Assembly (NCBI GenBank): GCA_964538205.1
Contig: CAZIFN010000003.1
Coordinates: 1-41,126, forward strand
Direction: 5' to 3'
DNA length: 41,126 nt
Source of the DNA: an uncultured Mycoplasma sp.
GTDB lineage: Bacteria; Bacillota_I; Bacilli_A; RF39; UBA660
Part shown: positions 33,412-41,126 of the stretch, in pieces
Position numbering within the stretch: position 1 is the stretch's first letter
How the letters are laid out: the number at the start of each line of letters is the position of its first letter
Program-made: the position numbers and the translations under genes
The notes under the pieces: model-generated
Database searches by the model: none
What the model was told of the DNA's origin: nothing
What the model saw: only the letters and a program-made list of their open reading frames with translations

Positions 33412-33656
33412 GTGTAGCCGAGTATAAGGAATTTCGAGTAAATGATGTAAATGATATATAACCATGATAGTTAGAAATTTTATATAGTCTTCTTTCTTAT
33501 AGTGTCCTTTAATATATCCTTTATGACTTGAATCACATATTAAACAAGTTTGGTTGTTTAAAAGTAAGATAATGAGGTTATGAAAGAGAGCATTTTGTTT
33601 AAGTTTACTACAAATTGTTGTCATTTGATAACTGACCAGTATTACTGACTATTTTA

Positions 33657-33950
33657 AAAAGTCCGGTTGTGAGTGAAAAAAGTCCAGCTGTAAGTGGAAA
33701 TGTTGTTAGTGATGAAGATTACTTTGTAATCAAATTACATAAAAATCTTCCAATGAATGTAACGAAGAGTACTCATGATAAAATTCAAAAATTATTTGAT
33801 AAATTTAGTTATCAATATGATTTCAAATGGGAAGACATTGCAGAAATATTTGAGGTAAAAAAATCTAGAGCATCAGAAATAATTGCATTATTATTAGATT
33901 CAAATTTAATTGAGTCTTCTGAACCTACAAAATATAAATTTAAAAAATAA
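33657..33950 (+). pseudogene. 5'-truncated gene remnant with a C-terminal winged HTH, resembling Fic-protein C-termini
   Basis: FKWEDIAEIFEVKKSRASEIIALLLDSNLIE..KYKFKK; begins within 21-bp tandem repeats (KSPVVSE/KSPAVSG); no SD. Confidence 0.5.
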
Positions 33951-34065
33951 AATTACTAAATAGTGCAAGGAGAAGTTACAATATTTTTATAGTAATTAAA
34001 ACCATACAAATAAGAGACAGTGATTATCTAAAAAACAAACAAATAAAAATTATATATTCATCAGC

Positions 34066-34103
34066 AAAATAAAAGAGTTTCAAAAAAAGAAACTCTTTTA
34101 AAA
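34066..34103. repeat. Direct repeat copy 2 (bidirectional terminator)
   Basis: Identical to 33375-33411 except A7 in the loop; includes the acyltransferase stop codon. Confidence 0.9.
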
Positions 34104-35147
34104 TATCCATTTACCAATAAACTTTATCTTCTTTATAAAATAAACTAAAACTAAAGATATTATAAAAATAAGAACTGATAAAATAGGTACTGATAAAATT
34201 GTATTAAAAGATCTAACCTGAATTAAATCTAGATCAAATAAACTATACATAACTAACATATGAATAACATAAATACCTAGCGTACAACTACTAATCTTAG
34301 TTATTCTATCACTAAAAATATTCCTTCCAACAAAACACTTATTCTTAAAAAATAGAAATAATCCCATTGACTCAAATAATGTAAATATAGAAAACTCTTT
34401 CATTAAATGAGAATTATTATAACCAGAATATCTAGACAATAAATAAGTACCAATAAAACATCCTATAACACTTAATATAGAAAGAACATAAATAATCTTA
34501 GTTTTCTTTTTAGAAATATCATAATTATAAAGAAAATATCCAAGAATAAAATAACTATAAAAACCGCAAATAATATCAATAGGTAAATTATCAATTATTA
34601 ATATAATATAACTATAATATGGTAAAAATTCTAAATATGAAATAGTTCTAAGAAAAGAAGCAATAATTAATAATATAATAAAATATTTAAATAATTTTCT
34701 ATCACTATTTTTAATAAACCTATATATAAAAGGGCAAATAATATATATACCAATTATTACAGGTATAAACCATAAATGAAAATGTCCAACTATTAAAGAT
34801 GAAATAACTCCATTAATATCTAATCTATCAGTAAATACAGAAAATATAACATATATTAAAGACCATAAAATAAATACAATAAGTAACTTAAATATATTTT
34901 TTGTATATATTTTCTTAATACTAGATTGAACTCTATCACTAAGAAAAAACACACCAGAAATCATTAAAAATATAGGTACTGCACTTCTTACTAAACTATC
35001 ATAAAAGTTATAACTAAGCCATTCTATACTTTTAGTAGGAGTAGTAGAAAAGTTATAAGCAGAAACATGAATTACAATAACCATAAAACTAGCAAGTATT
35101 CTAAGTAGATCCATATTGTAATCTCTTAAATTATTATTCTTAACCAT
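34098..35147 (-). CDS. Acyltransferase_3 (OafA-like) membrane O-acyltransferase
   Basis: DLLRILASFMVIVIH, AVPIFLMISG, HLWF, TLGIYVIH; likely start ATG 35147. Confidence 0.92.
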   Translation of the reverse strand: MVKNNNLRDYNMDLLRILASFMVIVIHVSAYNFSTTPTKSIEWLSYNFYDSLVRSAVPIFLMISGVFFLSDRVQSSIKKIYTKNIFKLLIVFILWSLIYVIFSVFTDRLDINGVISSLIVGHFHLWFIPVIIGIYIICPFIYRFIKNSDRKLFKYFIILLIIASFLRTISYLEFLPYYSYIILIIDNLPIDIICGFYSYFILGYFLYNYDISKKKTKIIYVLSILSVIGCFIGTYLLSRYSGYNNSHLMKEFSIFTLFESMGLFLFFKNKCFVGRNIFSDRITKISSCTLGIYVIHMLVMYSLFDLDLIQVRSFNTILSVPILSVLIFIISLVLVYFIKKIKFIGKWIF

Positions 35148-35260
35148 AAAAACACCACCCTGTACAATAAAATTATAACAAAAATAAAACACAATAACAA
35201 TTAATTTGTTATACATATAAAACTTTGTTATAATAACAGAAAAAGAGAGGAAGTATTTAA

Positions 35261-36403
35261 ATGAATTACTTTACCATAAATAATGAAAAGATATTTATAG
35301 AAATTAAAGATAAAGATATAATCTTAAAAAAATATATAGCTGGAATATTAACTCAATTAGAAGAGGAAGAAAAAGAAAAAATATTAAAAAAATTACAAAT
35401 AAAAAATAAATTTATTTTATATACACAAATGTTAATAGAAATAATAAAAAGTAATAAATCATTACAAAATAAAGATTATGACTATACTGATATTTTAAGT
35501 TATATTGAAGGGCAAATACCAGAAAAAAATAGAGCTAACTTTTATAATAAACTTAAAACTTTGCAAATAGAATTAGACTTTGATATAAATAGGGAACATT
35601 TAGAAGATGAAGATGAACTTCTTAAAGCGGGTTATTATAATATAGAAACTAATAAAATAGTTATATCTTCCGAATTTATAAAAAGATTAAGAGAAATTAG
35701 TTTATCTATGCCAGATAATAATTCATTTTTTACAGAAAATCTCGAGAAATGTTTATTACATGAACTATATCATATGGCTAGTTCAACTTTTAATGAAGAA
35801 ACAGGAATATATTCTTCTGGCTTTGTAAAAAACTGTGATGATGAAAATATATATGATTCAAACAGAGGACTAACAGAAGGATTTACAGAACTTCTTGCAT
35901 GTTGCAGAACGCCTTTTTCAAATGAAATTACAATGGAATATCAAGTCGAAATGATGCTTATTAATCAATTAATTCAAATCATTGGAATAAAACCAGTATA
36001 TGATTCATACTTTTATAATTTAGGTACAGATTTACTATCAGAAAAATTATTTGAAATATCCCCAGATATGCCAGAAGAAGCAAAAAAACTATTCATTAAT
36101 ATAGAATTAAATTATTTACTAGAATTACTAAATAGTAATCAAGAACAAACATTATTAGGAGAATCACAAAGAATCCTAGTTGCATTTTATTCACAAAAAA
36201 TATATACAGATATTGCTTCTGGTGTAGAAGAAGATGAAATAAAAAAATCAATGTCTACTTATAAAAATGTATTAATAACTAATGAAGTTATTACTAAGTT
36301 AGGAAAAGATCCTTCTAAATATCCTAATCTAAATATTAGTACAAAAATGTATCAATATTTAGAAGAAAATGTAAATAATGCTTTTAAAGGTAGTTCTAAA
36401 TAG
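35261..36403 (+). CDS. Uncharacterised gluzincin-like HEXXH metallopeptidase
   Basis: LLHELYHMASS..SGF..RGLTEGFTELL; paralog of 983..2056. Confidence 0.65.
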   Translation: MNYFTINNEKIFIEIKDKDIILKKYIAGILTQLEEEEKEKILKKLQIKNKFILYTQMLIEIIKSNKSLQNKDYDYTDILSYIEGQIPEKNRANFYNKLKTLQIELDFDINREHLEDEDELLKAGYYNIETNKIVISSEFIKRLREISLSMPDNNSFFTENLEKCLLHELYHMASSTFNEETGIYSSGFVKNCDDENIYDSNRGLTEGFTELLACCRTPFSNEITMEYQVEMMLINQLIQIIGIKPVYDSYFYNLGTDLLSEKLFEISPDMPEEAKKLFINIELNYLLELLNSNQEQTLLGESQRILVAFYSQKIYTDIASGVEEDEIKKSMSTYKNVLITNEVITKLGKDPSKYPNLNISTKMYQYLEENVNNAFKGSSK

Positions 36404-36505
36404 AAAAAATTATTCACAAGAACAAAAAAATTCATTTTTTCATATCCTCTAGTAAAATTTTAAATTAATGGTATAATATATCTATCGAAGGGAGAAGAAG
36501 ATATT

Positions 36506-37429
36506 ATGAAAAAATGTGCTATTATTATGAATCCTGAATCAGGTAAGATTAAAAGTATTGGTAGTAAGAAAAATTTTTATGATATTTTAAGAAAATATGG
36601 CTATGATGCTGAAATAAAATATACAAAACATGCTAAAGATGCAACAGAAATAGTTAAAAATCTTCCAAACGATATAGATCTAGTAATTAGTGCTGGAGGA
36701 GATGGAACATTAAACGAAGTAGTAACGGGAAATATGGCTCGAGAGAAAACACTAACCCTAGCAAACTTACCATTAGGAACAACCAATGATGTTGGACATA
36801 TGTATGGATTAAATAATGACTATATAAAAAGCCTAGACTTAATTTTATCAGGAAAAACAAAAACAGTAGACGTTTGTTATATGAATGATAATCCATTTAT
36901 TTATGTTGCCTGCTTAGGAGATTATATCGACATGTCTTACAATACACCAAGAGAATTAAAGAAAAAATATGGAAAAATTGCTTATATTATGTATGGAATA
37001 AAACAACTTAGAAATAAAATAAATACCTATAACATAAAATATAAAATAGATGGAAAAGAATATACAGGTAATTATGCCTTCTTCTTTATAACAAATTCAT
37101 CACGAGTAGCTGGATTTAATGATATATATTATGACATAAAGCTAGATGATCGTATGTTTGAAGTAGCATTTATACCATTAAAAAATAAAAAAGAAATCCT
37201 AAAAGTATTTGTAGAACTAAGCAAATCAGGATTAAAAGATATACCTAATGTTACTTATTATCAAACAGATAATATGGAATTAGAATTTATTGATCCTCCT
37301 AAAGTATCTTGGTGTATAGATGGAGAAGAACTAAAAACAAAAGAAATGAAATTTAAATTTAGCGTAAATAGAAGGATGAAAATGTTATTACCAAAGGAGA
37401 ATATAAATAAATTATTTAAAGAAGAGTAG
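36506..37429 (+). CDS. Diacylglycerol kinase family lipid kinase (DgkB/YegS)
   Basis: NPESG, GGDGTLNEV, PLGTTND, IDGE. Confidence 0.93.
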   Translation: MKKCAIIMNPESGKIKSIGSKKNFYDILRKYGYDAEIKYTKHAKDATEIVKNLPNDIDLVISAGGDGTLNEVVTGNMAREKTLTLANLPLGTTNDVGHMYGLNNDYIKSLDLILSGKTKTVDVCYMNDNPFIYVACLGDYIDMSYNTPRELKKKYGKIAYIMYGIKQLRNKINTYNIKYKIDGKEYTGNYAFFFITNSSRVAGFNDIYYDIKLDDRMFEVAFIPLKNKKEILKVFVELSKSGLKDIPNVTYYQTDNMELEFIDPPKVSWCIDGEELKTKEMKFKFSVNRRMKMLLPKENINKLFKEE

Positions 37430-37437
37430 GTGAATAT

Positions 37438-38226
37438 ATGAAAAAGAAAATAAAAAATAAAAAGCCTAAAGAAACTATAATAGTATATTTACTACTAAGA
37501 CTATTAGTCATAATATGTATGGTTGCTCAAAGTATGAATGGTAATTGGGAAAACGTATTACTATGCATTTTAACATTAATATTATTCACACTACCAAGTC
37601 TAATTTCAGAAAAATTTAATATAGAATTACCATCAACATTAGAAATAATAGTTTATCTATTTATTTTTGCTGCAGAAATACTTGGAGAAATTCAAAACTT
37701 TTATGGATTAGTAAAAGAATGGGATAGTATTCTTCATACCATAAATGGCTTTATTTGTGCAGCTATAGGATTTTCTTTAGTAGATATACTTAATAGTAAT
37801 AAACATATAAAATTTAACTTATCACCAGTATTTGTTTCCATAGTTTCAATATGTTTTTCTATGACTATTGGAATCCTTTGGGAATTTGCAGAATTTTCAA
37901 TCGATAAATATTTAGAAAAAGATATGCAAAAAGATCGTATTATTAATAAAGTATCTTCAGTAGCATTAAATGAAGAAGGAAAAAACATCCCAGTAGTTAT
38001 TGATGATATCGCAAAAACAGTTATTTATACAACTAATAATGAACAAATAGTAATTGAATCAGGTTACTTAGAATTAGGTCTAATAGACACAATGAAAGAC
38101 TTGTTCGTAAACTTTATAGGAGCCATAGTATTTTCTATTATAGGTTACCTGTATATAAAAAATCGAAATAACTATAAATTAGCAGAAAAATTTTTACTAA
38201 GTTCTAGAAAAAATAAAGAAGTATAA
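37438..38226 (+). CDS. Conserved membrane protein (DUF2238-like)
   Basis: LGEIQNFY, WDSILH, WEFAEF..D, DTMKDL motifs; multiple TMs. Confidence 0.65.
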   Translation: MKKKIKNKKPKETIIVYLLLRLLVIICMVAQSMNGNWENVLLCILTLILFTLPSLISEKFNIELPSTLEIIVYLFIFAAEILGEIQNFYGLVKEWDSILHTINGFICAAIGFSLVDILNSNKHIKFNLSPVFVSIVSICFSMTIGILWEFAEFSIDKYLEKDMQKDRIINKVSSVALNEEGKNIPVVIDDIAKTVIYTTNNEQIVIESGYLELGLIDTMKDLFVNFIGAIVFSIIGYLYIKNRNNYKLAEKFLLSSRKNKEV

Positions 38227-38247
38227 ACATAAGGAGCAGTATATTAT

Positions 38248-38943
38248 ATGTCGAAAAGAAATAAGAAAAAAAATAAAGAAAAGAAAATCATAATTAAATT
38301 ATTTCTATCTTTAATTTATATAATTTCTATTACAGTTCTATCCGTAAGTGCTTATCAAATATTTAAAGAAAAAGAAACAATTAAGCCTTGGGAAAAAATA
38401 ACTAGTGTTGATGAATACTCCTATATAGAAATATCAAAAATGTCAGAAAAATTTGCTTACTTTTCAACAAATAAAAAATCAATACATTTCGTAATAGAAG
38501 AAGAAGAAACAGGACAATGGCATACTTATTTAATTGCTATTAGCGATAGTGACTATCAAAAATATAAAAATATAATTGATTATACATATGAAAGAATAGA
38601 AGAAAAGCCAGAACCTATAAAAGTATATGGTTATCCAGTAATAATAAATGATGAACTAAAAGACCTAGCAATTAAAAATTTACCAAACTTTATACCTGCA
38701 GAAAACGAAGTAATAATTACTAAAGATAACTTTGATCAATACCTAACAAATAGTTATTTAGATACAACAATTCCTAAAGAAGATAACTTTAATATTATTC
38801 TATTTATTCTATTACTAATGATCTTTGTAATGATAGGCTTATTTATATTTACAATCTTTTCTTTTGGTAAAGATAAAATAGTTAATGATGTAGATGATAT
38901 AATTGATGAAATAAAAGAAAAATATTTAAAAAAGAAAGAATAG
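38248..38943 (+). CDS. Hypothetical membrane protein (two TMs flanking an extracellular domain)
   Basis: AAGGAG SD; hydrophobic segments near both termini. Confidence 0.7.
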   Translation: MSKRNKKKNKEKKIIIKLFLSLIYIISITVLSVSAYQIFKEKETIKPWEKITSVDEYSYIEISKMSEKFAYFSTNKKSIHFVIEEEETGQWHTYLIAISDSDYQKYKNIIDYTYERIEEKPEPIKVYGYPVIINDELKDLAIKNLPNFIPAENEVIITKDNFDQYLTNSYLDTTIPKEDNFNIILFILLLMIFVMIGLFIFTIFSFGKDKIVNDVDDIIDEIKEKYLKKKE

Positions 38944-38952
38944 AGGGCAAAT

Positions 38953-39546
38953 ATGAAAGAAATATTACTAATAATAAGTATACTTTCAACAACAATATCA
39001 TATCTAGTTATACTATTATTAACACTATCAAAAAAAACATCTAAATCAACTGCTAAAGAAGCAGTAATAAAACTAACTAAAGATGATAATTCTATACACT
39101 TAGTAGAAAGTAAAGATAGTTATTTAAATAAATATCAAATAAAAAGAAAAATGATAAAACTAAAGACTAAGACCTATAATAGTAATAAAATATTTGATGT
39201 ATCAATTGCCTACTTATTTTCAGGATATACAAAATTAGATAATAATATAATAAATAATATAGGTAAAATAATACCATATATATATTCTATAAGTTTAACA
39301 CCTATAATTACCATAATTATTTCATCAATAATAAATACTAGTATGGATGCTAAAATAGGTATAATAATATTATTAATAATAGGAATATATCAATATATAA
39401 TATATGAACAAAATATAAAAGCAAAAGAACAAATAAAAATAAAAGATAAAAATATAGAAGAATGTTTAAATAAAATAATATTAGTATCTAAAATATTCTT
39501 TATAATAACATCATTACAAATACTAAGAATGTTATTAATAGTATAA
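38953..39546 (+). CDS. Membrane protein, possibly a degenerate YugP-like (Zn_peptidase_2) homolog
   Basis: YugP-like layout (NKYQIKRKMIKL..YNSNKIFDVSIA) but no HExxH. Confidence 0.4.
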   Translation: MKEILLIISILSTTISYLVILLLTLSKKTSKSTAKEAVIKLTKDDNSIHLVESKDSYLNKYQIKRKMIKLKTKTYNSNKIFDVSIAYLFSGYTKLDNNIINNIGKIIPYIYSISLTPIITIIISSIINTSMDAKIGIIILLIIGIYQYIIYEQNIKAKEQIKIKDKNIEECLNKIILVSKIFFIITSLQILRMLLIV

Positions 39547-39580
39547 AATATACTCTTAAAAGTGAGTATATTTTATTTTT
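39545..39580 (+). terminator. Intrinsic terminator
   Basis: AAAATATACTC..GAGTATATTTT plus T-rich tail. Confidence 0.7.
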
Positions 39581-39909
39581 GAATTAATTATTTTACAAAT
39601 TCATCTAATCACATATTTTTCTTTATAAAATATTATACTCGTGTAGATTTTAAAATTTAAATAATTAGTATGACATAAATTATAATATTATGTACATCAT
39701 ATTATCGGTGCAATAATTTAAAAAAATATAAAAATAATATGGCTTAATATTATCAGAAATTTGTAGTAATGAAGAACTTAAAATATATAGTCCAGTAAAA
39801 TTTATTAAATTTAGTTTTAAACATAATATCACTTTCTAAATGTCTTCCATTATAGCATAAACTTCTATATATAATTATCAAAGTCGTATAAAAAAACAAT
39901 TCTACCATC

Positions 39910-39954
39910 TTGACTTTTCCACTGAATGTGATATAATTTAAGTAGAAAAGTCAA
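39910..39954 (+). promoter_or_regulatory. abiEi promoter with overlapping inverted-repeat operator
   Basis: TTGACT-16-TATAAT; arms TTGACTTTTCCACT / AGTAGAAAAGTCAA, 13 of 14 complementary. Confidence 0.7.
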
Positions 39955-39966
39955 AAGAGGTATAGT

Positions 39967-40590
39967 ATGGAAAAATTAACTATAAAAGAGTTTGAAAATA
40001 AAAGTTATATAGAAATTATCGAAGAACTTATGAAAAAAAATAATGGATATATTACTTCAAAAGAACTTGATATTTTTAATATACATAGAATGTATCTTTC
40101 AATCATGCAAGAAAAAGGACTTATAGAAAAACTGGCAACCGGTATTTACATTGATACTAATAAAATAGAAGATAAGTATTATGTTTTTTGTTTAAGTATG
40201 CCTAATATAATATATTCTCATATGACTGCTTTGTATTTTCATGGTTTATCTATAGAAGAACCATGTGATGTATATGATATAACAGTAAAAAGAAACTATA
40301 ATAGTATTCATTTAAGAAAACATAATGTATTTTACGTTGATAATGATATTTATGAACTGGGACTTACTGAAATAGAGACACCTATAGGTAATAAAGTAAA
40401 AGTTTATGATATTGAAAGATGTATATGTGATATAATTAGGTCTAAAAATAGAATGGATTTAGAACATATTAAATATAGTGTAAGAGAGTATATAAAAAGA
40501 AAGGATAAGGATCTTGTTAAACTATCTTTATATGCTGAAAAAATGGGCATTAAAGAGCGTGTAATTGATTATGTAAGCATGATGTATTGA
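39967..40590 (+). CDS. abiEi: Type IV TA antitoxin, AbiEi family (orphan)
   Basis: NNGYITSKE, GIY, YSHMTALYFHGLS, VYDIERCICDIIR. Confidence 0.9.
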   Translation: MEKLTIKEFENKSYIEIIEELMKKNNGYITSKELDIFNIHRMYLSIMQEKGLIEKLATGIYIDTNKIEDKYYVFCLSMPNIIYSHMTALYFHGLSIEEPCDVYDITVKRNYNSIHLRKHNVFYVDNDIYELGLTEIETPIGNKVKVYDIERCICDIIRSKNRMDLEHIKYSVREYIKRKDKDLVKLSLYAEKMGIKERVIDYVSMMY

Positions 40591-40619
40591 ATAATATTAA
40601 ATTAAAAATAAAAGATTTA

Positions 40620-40809
40620 ATTAATAAAAAGATACTAGTTAATAAGATACAATGTAAGAAATGTAAAGATACTATTGAATCTAAGTATGTTCATGATTTT
40701 AAATGGTGTTCTTGTAAAAAATATTGCTGTTGATGATGGTTTAGAATATCTTAAAAGAATAGGTAATTTTGAAGATATAATAGAATTATCTGAATTTGAA
40801 AAGAAGTAG
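40620..40809 (+). pseudogene. Frameshifted small Cys-rich (zinc-ribbon) phage/MGE-type protein
   Basis: ILVNKIQCKKCKDTIESKYVHDFKWCSCK, extra A in the A6 run at 40716-40721, then NIAVDDGLEYLKRIG..*; no ATG. Confidence 0.6.
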
Positions 40810-40819
40810 GAGGTTATAA

Positions 40820-41126
40820 ATGAATCAAGATAAAATGCATTTAATTAATAAAATTTTTGATAATGAAACAATAAGAGCTGTATGGAATCAAGAAGAAGAA
40901 AAATATTATATTAGTGTTGTTGATATAGTTGGAGTAATATCTGAAAGTAAAGATAAGCAATCATATTGGAGAAAGCTAAAACAAAGATTAAAAGAAGAGG
41001 GAAATGAAACCGTGACAAATTGTCACGCTTTGAAATTGAAAGCTCAGGATGGTAAATATAGATTAACAGATGTTGTTGATATTGAAGGAATGTTTAGAAT
41101 AATAGAGTCTATTCCTAGTAAAAATG
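40820..41126 (+). CDS. BRO-N domain protein (antirepressor-like), truncated by the window end
   Basis: GGAGG SD; MNQDKMHLINKIFDNETIRAVWNQEEEKYYISVVDIV..YWRKLKQRLKEEG..DGKYRLTDV..FRIIESIPS. Confidence 0.85.
   Translation, partial: MNQDKMHLINKIFDNETIRAVWNQEEEKYYISVVDIVGVISESKDKQSYWRKLKQRLKEEGNETVTNCHALKLKAQDGKYRLTDVVDIEGMFRIIESIPSKN

Noticed and set aside
33406-33624. 72-aa minus-strand ORF in the insert
   Set aside because: No SD, no recognisable motif, atypical composition
33656-33697. 21-bp tandem repeat considered as a CRISPR or iteron array
   Set aside because: Only two imperfect copies with no spacers, in frame as a 7-aa coding repeat; no cas genes
39671-39698. ACATAA..TTATGT considered as a dif/Xer site
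   Set aside because: Central spacer is 9 bp rather than 6, and the arms match poorly in very AT-rich DNA
39967-41126. Prophage call
   Set aside because: BRO-N and zinc-ribbon genes alone are not enough; no integrase, replication or structural genes in the window

Overview
Very AT-rich chromosomal segment of a low-GC Firmicute (Bacillota). Genetic code 11, sigma-A promoters and gene content suggest an uncultured gut Bacilli lineage such as RF39 (inference). It contains ligA and gatCAB, then a ~27 kb cell-envelope region: a degenerate GGDEF sensor, YihY, LtaS, LCP, a GH73 autolysin, a PASTA-repeat protein, and a cell-wall polysaccharide cluster (ligase/polymerase, GT2/GT4 enzymes, GtrA, Wzm/Wzt, acyltransferase). 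Mobile-element remnants lie at both ends and at 33.4-34.1 kb. Most notable: (1) one ORF fusing a PssA-like CDP-alcohol phosphatidyltransferase to an LtaS-family headgroup transferase inside the polysaccharide locus; (2) an unannotated candidate type I toxin-antitoxin module (30-aa hydrophobic peptide plus convergent ~100-nt sRNA) at 20258-20565; (3) two dispersed paralogous HEXXH metallopeptidase-like genes; (4) a ~650 bp insert flanked by a 37/38-bp duplication of a bidirectional terminator. All calls come from motif reading; no searches were run.
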